64,000 nt of DNA from Ilumatobacteraceae bacterium (GCA_044354565.1 JBIKZT010000001.1:724-64723), one strand, 5' to 3'. Shown: positions 37,024 to 46,229, counted from the stretch's first letter. Numbers and translations are program-made. Notes: a model not told the origin generated them from the letters alone.

Positions 37024-38141
37024 CCGCAGCAGCGCTTGCTGGTCTACGCGTTGTCGACCTATCCACTGTTCTTGCTGGGCCTAACTGTGCTCGCTATCTC
37101 GCCGACTTCGGTGCAGATGTCATCAAGATTGAACGCCCGGACGGTGGCGACAGTTTGCGCAACATGGGTTGGCGTGACCCTGCAGATGGTGAAGGTCTGT
37201 GGTGGAGGCTTGTGAATCGCAACAAGCGCACCGTCGCGCTTGATTTGAAAAACGAAGACGATCGAGAAGTCTTTCTTCGACTCATTGATGAAGCAGATGT
37301 ATTGGTAGAAAACTTTCGCCCAGGAATTTTGGAGCGCTTAGGTTTTGCGCCCGAGGTGTTGCATGCACGTAACTCGAAACTCATCATCACGCGCGTAAGT
37401 GGTTTTGGCCAAGATGGCCCATACGCGCATCGCCCCGGGTTTGCATCTATTGCTGAAGCAATGTCCGGGCTTGCGTCTATCACTGGTGTACCCGGTGGCG
37501 ACCCAATGCTTCCGCCGTTCGCACTCACTGATGAAGTGACTGGTCTTGTTGCTGCATTTGCCACCATGGTTGCGTTGTGGTCAGAGCAAGGTCAAGTTGT
37601 TGACGTTTCATTGTTAGAGAGTTTGTTTCAGATTCTTGGACCATTGATGACAGTGTGGCTTACACGCAATGAGCTACAACCCCGCATGGGTTCACTTCTT
37701 CCCTACACAGTGCCTCGCGGTGTGTACAAGTGTGCCGACGGAAAGTTTGTTGCAATTTCTACGTCAAGCGATTCCATTGCGGCACGAGTCGTGAAGTTGA
37801 TTGGTTTCGATGGTGATAATCGATTTGCAACATTTGCAGGACGCATTGCCAACCGCGAAGTCATCGAGCAAGAAATGGATAACTGGTTTGCTTCGCGCAC
37901 ACAAGCAGAAGCACTTGCAATTTTTGAAGAGATAGAAGCAGCTGCTGGTCCCGTGTTATCTATGCAAGACATAGAGACAGACCCGCATTATGTTGCGCGC
38001 CAAGCAGTGGTGAACATCGAAGGAACACCTATGCAAGGCCTTGTTGCTCGGCTATCTGCGACTCCGGGGGCAATCAAGTGGCGTGGTCGCACAAAAGACG
38101 AAGACGGCGATTCCATACGCCGTAACGGTTGGAACGAATAA
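37020..38141 (+). CDS. family III CoA-transferase (CaiB/BaiF type)
   Basis: LAGLRVVDLSTVLAGPNCARYLADFGADVIKIERP is present. ATGA overlap with the phosphoesterase gene. Confidence 0.85.
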   Translation: MTAAALAGLRVVDLSTVLAGPNCARYLADFGADVIKIERPDGGDSLRNMGWRDPADGEGLWWRLVNRNKRTVALDLKNEDDREVFLRLIDEADVLVENFRPGILERLGFAPEVLHARNSKLIITRVSGFGQDGPYAHRPGFASIAEAMSGLASITGVPGGDPMLPPFALTDEVTGLVAAFATMVALWSEQGQVVDVSLLESLFQILGPLMTVWLTRNELQPRMGSLLPYTVPRGVYKCADGKFVAISTSSDSIAARVVKLIGFDGDNRFATFAGRIANREVIEQEMDNWFASRTQAEALAIFEEIEAAAGPVLSMQDIETDPHYVARQAVVNIEGTPMQGLVARLSATPGAIKWRGRTKDEDGDSIRRNGWNE

Positions 38142-38244
38142 ATCTCTACTGAGAGTCGTTCATCTCTCGTTTCACTTCAACCCTTCCATCTCGCTGATTT
38201 CCTGAACTGGTGACTATTGTTTACCTGTTCGTTAGGGGAAATTC

Positions 38245-39702
38245 ATGAACACCACTCCAGCACCAGATCTCACACGTGCGTACAAAGTTCTGGCACTCAC
38301 AGCAGTTGCAACATTCTTGGTATCGCTCGATACCAGCATCGTTATTGTTGCGCAGCGCACCATTGAGGCAGACCTCGGTCACCCCACATTGCTCACATGG
38401 GTCTTCTCGGCCTACAGCATTGCGTACGCCGCTGGCTTGTTGACTGCCGGCCGTTTTGCCGACGTCAATGGTCGCAAACGTTCCTTCTTGCGTGGTCTTG
38501 CACTATTCAGTATTGGTTCCGTGTTGTGCGGGCTTGCACCCAATGCGTTGCTCCTTGTTCTTGCTCGTATTGTGCAAGCACTGGGTGGTGCTCAGCTCAC
38601 GCCAGCGTCGCTTGCATTAGTACTTCCTGAGTTCCCCGTTGAAAAGCGCACAGTTGCCATTGGCATCTGGGGTGCTGTTGGAGGCCTTGCCGCTGCAGTA
38701 GGGCCTTCTGCTGGTGGCGTCTTAGTGGGTTGGCTGAACTGGCGAGCGCTTTTTTTCATCAACGTTCCATTTTGTATTTTCACACTCATCGTTGGTTCAA
38801 AGATTCTGCATGAAAGCAAAGACCTCAATGCAACGAAGCACGTTGACCTCATTGGAACTGCACTTGGCTTTCCCGGCGTTGCATTAGTGACGTTGGCGAT
38901 TACGCAAAGCAGTGAATGGGGCTGGGGAGATAATCGCACTCTCGGAGCGCTCGTCATCGGTTTCATTTTGCTTGCACTCTTTGTGCAGCGATGCAACACG
39001 GTGGTAGACCCACTTCTCGATCTTTCACTTTTGAAGATGCCATTCGTAGTTGCAGCAAACCTGTCTGGATTGTTCTTCTCAATTGGTTTCCTTGGTATGT
39101 GGTTGTTGAACACACAATGGTTGCAAGCAGTGTGGAACTACAGCCCAGCAATGTCTGGCCTTGCAATTGCGCCGGGGCCAATTTCTGCTGCAATTGCTGC
39201 AGCTCCTATGGGACGTCTTGCAGTTCAATGGGGTCACGCCAGGGTTCTTCTCTTGGGCGCTCTGTGTCTTTCGTTTGGCACGTTCATGTTCAGCTACACC
39301 ATCAGCACCACTCCCAATTACGTGAGCGGCTTGTTGCCGTGGATGATTCTTACGGGGTTTGGTGTTGGTTGCAGCATGTCCACGTTGTCAAGTGCTGCCA
39401 GCGCATTCTTGCCACCAGCACGATTCGCTATGGGCTCTGCACTGAATACAACAATGCGTCAAATTGGTTCAGCTTTAGGTGCAGCTCTTGCCACCTCACT
39501 TGCGGCACCGGCAATGAAGAACTTGTTTGTCGCGATGACAAACAAAGAACCAGTCACTCGCACAATGGTGTCTTCATATTTCACAGCGTGGCGTGTAATG
39601 GCCGCTATCTATTTGTTTGCGGGCATCGTCATGATCGTTCTATATAAGAAGCCCACAGAACAGCAAATGACCGATGCTGGTCAAGTTGAGTTTGTTGACT
39701 AA
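38245..39702 (+). CDS. MFS transporter, DHA2 (EmrB/QacA, 14-TM) type
   Basis: 485 aa, highly hydrophobic, with [11 protein letters not shown] (motif A) and 14 predicted hydrophobic segments. Confidence 0.8.
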   Translation: MNTTPAPDLTRAYKVLALTAVATFLVSLDTSIVIVAQRTIEADLGHPTLLTWVFSAYSIAYAAGLLTAGRFADVNGRKRSFLRGLALFSIGSVLCGLAPNALLLVLARIVQALGGAQLTPASLALVLPEFPVEKRTVAIGIWGAVGGLAAAVGPSAGGVLVGWLNWRALFFINVPFCIFTLIVGSKILHESKDLNATKHVDLIGTALGFPGVALVTLAITQSSEWGWGDNRTLGALVIGFILLALFVQRCNTVVDPLLDLSLLKMPFVVAANLSGLFFSIGFLGMWLLNTQWLQAVWNYSPAMSGLAIAPGPISAAIAAAPMGRLAVQWGHARVLLLGALCLSFGTFMFSYTISTTPNYVSGLLPWMILTGFGVGCSMSTLSSAASAFLPPARFAMGSALNTTMRQIGSALGAALATSLAAPAMKNLFVAMTNKEPVTRTMVSSYFTAWRVMAAIYLFAGIVMIVLYKKPTEQQMTDAGQVEFVD

Positions 39703-40343
39703 ACAACGCCTATCGGGCAACTAACACCAGTGCCACCAATACCGCAATAACCATTTGGGTTCTTGCCGAGGTATTGCTGGTGGTATGGCTCTGCAAAGTA
39801 GTAGTGCGCGAGTGGTGCAATCTCAGTTGTAATCGTGCCGTATCCGGCTGCCGTCAGTTTTGGCTGGAATGCATCTCGAGTTGCTTCAGCAGCTTCACGT
39901 TGTGTTTCGCTTGTGTAATAAATAGCGCTGCGATACTGCGTACCCATGTCGTTGCCTTGGCGCATACCTTGTGTGGGGTCGTGGTTTTCCCAAAACACGC
40001 GCAGCATTTCTTCCAGTGAAGTAACGGTTGTATCAAACACTGCCATCAGCACTTCGGTGTGGCCGGTAAAACCTGAACACACTTCTTCATAACTGGGGTT
40101 TGGTGTGTAACCACCTGCGTATCCAACTGAGGTGGAATGCACGCCAGGTGTTTGCCAAAAAATGCGCTCTGCACCCCAGAAGCAACCCATGCCAACAACA
40201 AGCGTGTCCATGTGTTCTGCCCACGGGCCAGTAAGTGAAGCGCCGTTCACGAAGTGCGCTTCAGGCACAGGCATGGTTTGGTCTGTACGGCCAGCCAATG
40301 CCTGTTCTGGTGTAATCATCTCTGGTGCTTTGCGTCCGAACAT
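39699..40343 (-). CDS. msrA: peptide-methionine (S)-S-oxide reductase
   Basis: Motifs [32 protein letters not shown] and YHQQYL are present. Confidence 0.92.
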   Translation of the reverse strand: MFGRKAPEMITPEQALAGRTDQTMPVPEAHFVNGASLTGPWAEHMDTLVVGMGCFWGAERIFWQTPGVHSTSVGYAGGYTPNPSYEEVCSGFTGHTEVLMAVFDTTVTSLEEMLRVFWENHDPTQGMRQGNDMGTQYRSAIYYTSETQREAAEATRDAFQPKLTAAGYGTITTEIAPLAHYYFAEPYHQQYLGKNPNGYCGIGGTGVSCPIGVV

Positions 40344-40364
40344 GCAGTCAGGCTACACAATTGC

Positions 40365-41600
40365 CTATTTTTCTGAACAGAAGGAGGCCAGAGCGGAACG
40401 CTGTAACTCAAGCAACTCTTCATTCCCAGGCATCACACGCAGCCCGGCACGCACAGCACTTGTTAATGCATCAGCATTCTGGTGCCGTAACGCCCATCGT
40501 GCCACCTCAGTAGCTGCAGTGACACCCAGAATCACCAGTCGAGTTGTACTTCCGTCCAAGTCTGCCCACGAATACGACGTTCCTGCGAACGGCACATCGC
40601 GTAACCATTGCAAACAATTGAGTACATCTCCCACACAATTCTCGTCCTGTTGAAACGCGCGCAAAGCCCTCGCCAATATTTCCGCATCGCTCATCACATT
40701 TGCTGACAGCGGGATGTCATCGCTATATGTGATTGGCACCAAAGATTCACTGGAAGTGGAACTTTCTAAAATAGAAAGGCCTCGACGCATATCTGAAACA
40801 ACTGTCGAGAATGTTGAGTCATGAATCGCAATTTCCCACATTGCAGTTCGAGCAGCCGACCTCCGTGCACGATCACGGTTGAGAGACAACCATGTCAGTA
40901 ACTCCAAAGCTCGCTTCTTCCTAAACTCTGCTGTTTGCCCATATTGATTCCGCACTAGTGGATAGCCGAAGAGATGCACGATGATGTTTGGTTGCGTGTC
41001 ACACACAGCAAAGGTCAAGTCGGACGTCTGATCAGAAGTTGCCGTTACAGCATCCAAGAGTTCGCAAATCTCCCTTGGTAAGCCCTGGGTGTGCACTGCG
41101 CTCGGTACACCGGAGGAACTCGCTGTTCGTTCTACTTCTTCTAACGTCTGAAGATTCTCCTCAGTGAGCCTCTGGGGATACCGTCGTGCTGAAATTTGCT
41201 CTCGTCGAATTTGGAGAATCTTCTGCACTAATGCCAGACACATTGCTGGCGAAAGTACTGATGAGATTGGGAAGCTTGGAACCTTCGCAGGTTGAACTGG
41301 CGCACCAGTTGCCGGTGCTGCAACCACTGTTCCGGTAACAAGCAACAGAGTAGATGGCCTCAACAGTCGTGAACGAGAATCATCTTGAAAAAACAACAGG
41401 AATAGTTCAACCAGCAACAGCACTATTGTCATTCCCGAGACCAGTGCGCACAGAAGAGTCACTTCTGAAATTGACAAACTTTTATCTAGCCAATTTGTGG
41501 AGGGGCTCCTCTCTCCCGCAGATAGACCAACGACTATTGAAACAAACAGAAGTGCACACAGAAGCACACCGAGTCCAAGGCGCTTAATCGTCTGCGTCAT
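40365..41600 (-). CDS. membrane-anchored protein with winged-helix (OmpR/SARP-type) and BTAD-like domains; last gene of the Tad operon
   Basis: Two N-terminal TM segments. The central IIVHLFGYPLVRN..G....FRKKRALELLTWLSLNRD...RSAARTAMWE has a SARP-like wHTH pattern. The helical C-terminal region is TPR/BTAD-like. ATGA overlap with the upstream tadG-like gene. Confidence 0.5.
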   Translation of the reverse strand: MTQTIKRLGLGVLLCALLFVSIVVGLSAGERSPSTNWLDKSLSISEVTLLCALVSGMTIVLLLVELFLLFFQDDSRSRLLRPSTLLLVTGTVVAAPATGAPVQPAKVPSFPISSVLSPAMCLALVQKILQIRREQISARRYPQRLTEENLQTLEEVERTASSSGVPSAVHTQGLPREICELLDAVTATSDQTSDLTFAVCDTQPNIIVHLFGYPLVRNQYGQTAEFRKKRALELLTWLSLNRDRARRSAARTAMWEIAIHDSTFSTVVSDMRRGLSILESSTSSESLVPITYSDDIPLSANVMSDAEILARALRAFQQDENCVGDVLNCLQWLRDVPFAGTSYSWADLDGSTTRLVILGVTAATEVARWALRHQNADALTSAVRAGLRVMPGNEELLELQRSALASFCSEK

Positions 41601-41986
41601 TGGTCGCTAAGTAAGGCAGAACGAGTGACTGACACCGTACGCCAATGCAAGCCAATGATGCCCAGGATCTTCATTGGGACAACAGCAGACACTCGCACAG
41701 TCACCCGATGCGAATCCATATCAAATTTGCCAGAAACGTCCTCACTTCGAAGAAAACTTTCTACCGCAGAGAAACTTGCAGAACGACTGATTTGGGGATT
41801 GCCCTCGCGAATACCCACCACGTGTTGCGCACCAATTCGAGCCGCATTTTGTGCAACATCTGAAATCTCAACATACGTGCTTACAACTCGACCACCGTCA
41901 TACGAGATGCCCAACACAGCCATTGCGCCGATGACAAGACACACGACCAGGGCTGAAATGGAACCCCTACGTTGACAGTTGATCAT
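41597..41986 (-). CDS. TadG/TadE-like pseudopilin
   Basis: The N-terminus QRRGSISALVVCLVIGAMAV fits the TadE/G-like N-terminal motif. Located in the Tad operon. Confidence 0.65.
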   Translation of the reverse strand: MINCQRRGSISALVVCLVIGAMAVLGISYDGGRVVSTYVEISDVAQNAARIGAQHVVGIREGNPQISRSASFSAVESFLRSEDVSGKFDMDSHRVTVRVSAVVPMKILGIIGLHWRTVSVTRSALLSDQ

Positions 41987-42390
41987 TAGCGACTCCTATA
42001 CAAATCGATCACTTCCGTAGAACGTGCAACCACAACACGTTGCGAGAGCCCTAGAAGTGTCAGCCCTGTCCAGTCGACATTGCATCGCACTTCGGCAATC
42101 ACTGCCGACAATCCCCGAATTGATGTCCGAGTGATACCAACATTGATTCCTTTGCATCTCAGCCCGCTACGAGAGAGATCTGCCTGAGCGGCTGAATAGC
42201 CACGAGAAACCATGCGCACTGATGATGATTGAGAAGCAACTCGGGCGGCGACGTCTGCTGCACTCTGCGTTCGTGACTGAGCATCTGTTAAACGCATGGC
42301 AAACACAGCTGTCAGAGTAAACAGCAGCAGAACTGGAGTTAGCAATAGAACTTCAATGGTCATTGATCCACGAGAACGACTGACATTCAT
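41986..42390 (-). CDS. TadE-like pseudopilin
   Basis: The N-terminus SRSRGSMTIEVLLLTPVLLLF fits G|SxxxE processing. TAATG overlap with the downstream gene. Confidence 0.7.
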   Translation of the reverse strand: MNVSRSRGSMTIEVLLLTPVLLLFTLTAVFAMRLTDAQSRTQSAADVAARVASQSSSVRMVSRGYSAAQADLSRSGLRCKGINVGITRTSIRGLSAVIAEVRCNVDWTGLTLLGLSQRVVVARSTEVIDLYRSR

Positions 42391-42764
42391 CGTTCATCCT
42401 GCAACATGAATACCTCAAGTGGGACTGACGAAGTTCTAGTGATGTGAGTGGAGAGAAAAGGTACAAGTGGTCTCACCCGAACAGTGACAACCACAGTCGC
42501 CATTCCCCCTGATGTATGGACCCGAGGCACTTCTTCGAGACGTGCTCCTAGGTCTGTTGCCATTTTCTCCATTTCATTAAGTGATGCCGCCATTCCCTCA
42601 GATCCGAAGGAATACGACGCCATCTGTGCTCCACGAAGAGACACCGCCTGAGCAATATGGGATGCTCGAGACAGCGTCACTACGTGAATTGCCATAAAGA
42701 ACAACGTCATGATGACGGGAATTAGCAACACTGATTGAGTACTAGTTTCACCTTTGTCATTCAT
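42387..42764 (-). CDS. TadE-like pseudopilin
   Basis: The N-terminus MNDKGETSTQSVLLIPVIMTLFF is followed by one TM helix. The ATG at 42764 is preferred over the TTG at 42785, which lies inside the tandem repeat. Confidence 0.6.
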   Translation of the reverse strand: MNDKGETSTQSVLLIPVIMTLFFMAIHVVTLSRASHIAQAVSLRGAQMASYSFGSEGMAASLNEMEKMATDLGARLEEVPRVHTSGGMATVVVTVRVRPLVPFLSTHITRTSSVPLEVFMLQDER

Positions 42765-42765
42765 G

Positions 42766-42792
42766 AATGGCTTCAATGGCTTCAATGGCTTC
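42766..42792. repeat. perfect 3 x 9-bp tandem repeat (plus strand AATGGCTTC; mRNA sense TGAAGCCAT) at the flp stop / tadE start junction
   Basis: Read directly from the sequence. The first TGA of the repeat is the flp stop codon, and each further copy carries another in-frame TGA. Confidence 0.9.
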
Positions 42793-42985
42793 AGCCCAGA
42801 TTTAATGAGTTGGCTTTATCGCGAACACGGGCGCTGATGATCGCGCCAACAGTGATTGCGAGTGCCACCAATGCCGCCGTCATTACAACAGTTGTTGCAC
42901 TGACTTCACCTCTTTCGCGATCCATCTCACGAGATGCATCCAAGCGGATCTGGTAATACTGAAACATCTGTCGAGTGATTGACAT
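42791..42985 (-). CDS. flp: Flp-family type IVb pilin precursor
   Basis: 64 aa with a charged leader ending DRERG, then the hydrophobic EVSATTVVMTAALVALAITVGAII. A strong RBS (GAAAGGGGA) lies 5 nt before the ATG. It sits between tadC and the tadE-like genes. Confidence 0.75.
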   Translation of the reverse strand: MSITRQMFQYYQIRLDASREMDRERGEVSATTVVMTAALVALAITVGAIISARVRDKANSLNLG

Positions 42986-43028
42986 GCTGTTCCCCTTTCT
43001 TTTTTGTGTTGTTGGATCTTGTGTTGTC

Positions 43029-43715
43029 TCATAGCGCGCCGAGTGTCCCGGAGAAGGCGGGATACCCGACTAGCAAGACAAAACCAATGAAGAGCACAAC
43101 CATGGGAAGACCCATTCGCTCTGTACGCACTTCGGCCTCGTGCTCAACGCGGGCTAAATTTTTTTGACGAAGAGCCTGTGCTCGAGCCCCTAACGACTGT
43201 CGGACGCGACCCCCATGCTCACCGGCTATCTGCACACTGTGTGCCACCTCAATTAGGGATTCAACACCAAGTTCCTCACCGAGGTCTCTCAATGAATTCC
43301 AATAGGAACGACGGGAGCTTTGCGCACGAGCTATGGCGAGTCGAATTTGTTCGAAACTCCATCCGTCACCAGCATCTGCCGCTGCAAGAAGAGCAGTCTC
43401 GGCTCCAGCCCCACCAGCCAATAGAACATTGACTAAATCAAGGAAAACTGCAACTGCAATATCCATGTCCGATCGCCTGGCGGTCGCCTTTGCCTCAATG
43501 CCTTTCACCCTGTGAATCCAAACCGCCACCGGAAGAAAGAATAAAAAGAGCATCAGAAGAATTGGCGTTGCGCCGATCGAATATGTGACGAGAGCAAACA
43601 TAAAGAACGCGAGAAGTACGGAAAGCAACATTGTTCGCAACACACGTCGCACAAAATCTTTTTCACTAATACCTAAGACATGAAGATCTTTAGGGTGAGG
43701 TGTCAAACCCTTCAT
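43029..43715 (-). CDS. tadC: TadC-like type II secretion system F-family membrane protein
   Basis: 228 aa with a TM pair, a cytoplasmic helical domain and a C-terminal TM pair. ATGA-type overlap with tadB. Confidence 0.7.
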   Translation of the reverse strand: MKGLTPHPKDLHVLGISEKDFVRRVLRTMLLSVLLAFFMFALVTYSIGATPILLMLFLFFLPVAVWIHRVKGIEAKATARRSDMDIAVAVFLDLVNVLLAGGAGAETALLAAADAGDGWSFEQIRLAIARAQSSRRSYWNSLRDLGEELGVESLIEVAHSVQIAGEHGGRVRQSLGARAQALRQKNLARVEHEAEVRTERMGLPMVVLFIGFVLLVGYPAFSGTLGAL

Positions 43716-44419
43716 AGAAGCTCCCTTGTGTGTCGACCAGCTAGGAAACGTGCAGGGACTCGTATGTTCGACATCTTGTGGAGCGACATAAGCGCGAATA
43801 CGAATGCACTAACAATGCACACCATTACAAGCATTCCCTCGACTGACATAAACGGCGTTAGATACGCAGAATTCAACAGCAGTAACCCAAGGATGAATGT
43901 GATGACCGCCCCAGAGATAATGCGAATAGCTGTTCGCATTCGAGCGCGAGAAACCCAAATTCGCATGTACAGGTAACATTCCGAACGAGCGCATTCACTG
44001 AGATGTGTCAGCAGTTGTGCAAGGTCACGTGTCTGGTGCACAGATGCCGTAACAAGCGCGGCAACCACGAAGTCACAAGTCGGATGCGCCACATCGTCTG
44101 CAAAGCGTCGCAGAGCATCTTCGAATGTTCCGTACCTGAGTCCTGCAACGAGTCGCCTAACTGGTTCAGCAATAGCGCGAGGAGCAAAGTTTTCTGTTGC
44201 AAAGATTGCCTGTTCCAGGCCGGCAGATGCAGCAATAGTGTCTCTCAAGTTTTCGGTCCACGTAGCAATCGCCTCGACAATTTCTCCTTGATCACTAACT
44301 TCACGATTACGAACCGAGACCTTCATCGACTTCGGCATTCGGGGACTAATGCCGCTAATGGTTGTGAGTACTCCAATCGCAATGAATATGGCTAACGCGC
44401 AAAGAACTACGCCGTCCAT
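43712..44419 (-). CDS. tadB: TadB-like type II secretion system F-family membrane protein
   Basis: 235 aa with the same architecture as tadC. It overlaps the ATPase gene by 13 nt. Confidence 0.7.
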   Translation of the reverse strand: MDGVVLCALAIFIAIGVLTTISGISPRMPKSMKVSVRNREVSDQGEIVEAIATWTENLRDTIAASAGLEQAIFATENFAPRAIAEPVRRLVAGLRYGTFEDALRRFADDVAHPTCDFVVAALVTASVHQTRDLAQLLTHLSECARSECYLYMRIWVSRARMRTAIRIISGAVITFILGLLLLNSAYLTPFMSVEGMLVMVCIVSAFVFALMSLHKMSNIRVPARFLAGRHTRELL

Positions 44420-45699
44420 GACATACCTGTTGGCCTTTGAAATCCGAACTCACTGAGTACCTCTGAAGTCTGGGCTCGTAAAGCCAAAAAAGCAGACTCT
44501 GGATGAGAGTAGGAAAAGACTTCATTCGAAATGATTGATGAGCCCTCGGAATCAGTGACTTCAATGATGGAGGTGACTCGTCTGCGACCATCGATGTTTT
44601 GAATGTGCACTACGAAGTGAATTGCACTAGCTACTAAAAGATTCACAGTTTCAGTCGGAAGCCCCATGGACGCCATTGATACATAGGCAAGGAGTTTGGG
44701 GAACGTTGAACGGGCACTATCAGCGTGCAGTGTGCACATCGAACCGTTGTTTCCCTGGCTCATAGCCAAGAGCATGGGAAACGCCTCAGCACCTCGAACT
44801 TCGCCAACTATCACGCGATCAGGATCCATTCGAAGAGCCATTCGGGTGAGGTCAGACATGGTGATCTCCCCCTGGCCTTCAATGTTGGCAGCACGGGCTT
44901 GTAATGCATCATGGTCGGGATGGCTTGCTTCAAAATGCTCTATGCCAAGTTCAAATGCGTCCTCAATGGTGACGATGCGCTCGTTGTAAGGAACCTCGTT
45001 GAGCAATGCTCGTAACAGCGTCGTCTTCCCTGATCCAGTTCCCCCGGCAATCACAATGTTCTTTTTTGCGCGAACAGCTGCAGCGAGAAAGCGCGCAACC
45101 TCGATGCTTAACATGTTTCGTGCCACTAATTCCGACAAATTTGAGTAGTCAAATTTGTGACGTCGAATAATCAGAGTGGGATGACTTGATACTTCCATTG
45201 CTGCAAAAAGACGAGATCCATCTGGCAGTTGAAGATTGAGTTCGGGATGAGCTGGGTCGAAACGCTGTTCCCGATGACCCATCCGTGCCGCTATTCGCCG
45301 GATGAGATCAACTAATTCACCGTCAGTGTTGACTATGGGCTCTCGTTCTTCGCGCTCCCCATTTCGCAATTTCACCCACACAGGGCGATTACCTCGGACA
45401 TGAATGTCTGAAATGTGATCATCCTCCAGCAGCGGTTCAAGTTTCCCAAGACCTAGAACTTGGGCGATTGCTTCATCGATGATGAGTCGTTCACCGACTT
45501 CTGGAATGACATCGAGGCCCCACGCATCAGGTTGGCGCGCACTTGCTAAAAGTTGAGCCGCTGTTGAGCGTGCTACCTGACGTTCTTCCTCAAGTGTGGG
45601 AGCAGGCAAATCACTATTGTGACGACGAACTCTGTCGTCAGCCAATGACGACGCAATAGTCCGAGTGATTTCCTGCATGTCAATAGAACGTGTACTCAT
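44407..45699 (-). CDS. cpaF: CpaF/TadA family type IV pilus secretion ATPase
   Basis: Walker A GGTGSGKTTLLRAL, Asp box, Walker B RVIVGEVRG and His box MCTLHADS are present. Confidence 0.9.
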   Translation of the reverse strand: MSTRSIDMQEITRTIASSLADDRVRRHNSDLPAPTLEEERQVARSTAAQLLASARQPDAWGLDVIPEVGERLIIDEAIAQVLGLGKLEPLLEDDHISDIHVRGNRPVWVKLRNGEREEREPIVNTDGELVDLIRRIAARMGHREQRFDPAHPELNLQLPDGSRLFAAMEVSSHPTLIIRRHKFDYSNLSELVARNMLSIEVARFLAAAVRAKKNIVIAGGTGSGKTTLLRALLNEVPYNERIVTIEDAFELGIEHFEASHPDHDALQARAANIEGQGEITMSDLTRMALRMDPDRVIVGEVRGAEAFPMLLAMSQGNNGSMCTLHADSARSTFPKLLAYVSMASMGLPTETVNLLVASAIHFVVHIQNIDGRRRVTSIIEVTDSEGSSIISNEVFSYSHPESAFLALRAQTSEVLSEFGFQRPTGMSWTA

Positions 45700-46229
45700 C
45701 GGACTGCGACTTCGACAATTGATAGTTGTACCTTTTCTGCGTCAGCAATGTCGACCGCAAGAGACTCTGGTCCATGCAAGGTGACTACAGATTCAATTCC
45801 TAAATCTCCCGCTTTTCCAATACTGCGTACAACTGCAAGTTCCTTGATTGATCGCGCGATTCCATCAGTGTTCACAGATGGAACGACGACTACACGCACA
45901 GTGTCTCCTTCTTTCAATTCGGGCGGATATTCGCCAACACCAACCGAAACAGATACATACGCTTCGCCATCAAGCAATCCACCCATCTGCTCAGTTACAG
46001 ATGCCACAGGAGTTTCATTTGGTATTGGTGAGGTGATGGGGGCAGATCTCCTGTTCACAAGCATCAGCACCAGAAGGAAGGAAAAGACCACAATCAAAAG
46101 ACCAATAAGTAACTCGACTCTTATCTTCCGGCTGCTCGTTACGATCGCTCCAGATGTGGCCCGAAGGCCCGCGAGTCGCTCATCAATACCCGAAGTGTGC
46201 GATCCAGAACCGAATCCAATATCTGCCAT
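45696..46229 (-). CDS. single-pass membrane protein, CpaB/RcpC (SAF-like) pilus assembly protein candidate; first gene of the Tad operon
   Basis: TM segment LLIGLLIVVFSFLLVLMLV, then a beta-rich domain. GGAGGG RBS. ATGA-type overlap with cpaF. Confidence 0.45.
   Translation of the reverse strand: MADIGFGSGSHTSGIDERLAGLRATSGAIVTSSRKIRVELLIGLLIVVFSFLLVLMLVNRRSAPITSPIPNETPVASVTEQMGGLLDGEAYVSVSVGVGEYPPELKEGDTVRVVVVPSVNTDGIARSIKELAVVRSIGKAGDLGIESVVTLHGPESLAVDIADAEKVQLSIVEVAVR

Noticed and set aside
38142-38175. Terminator after the CoA-transferase gene (GAGAG...CTCTC)
   Set aside because: The stem is only 5 bp with an 8-nt loop and a poor T tract, which is too weak to call.
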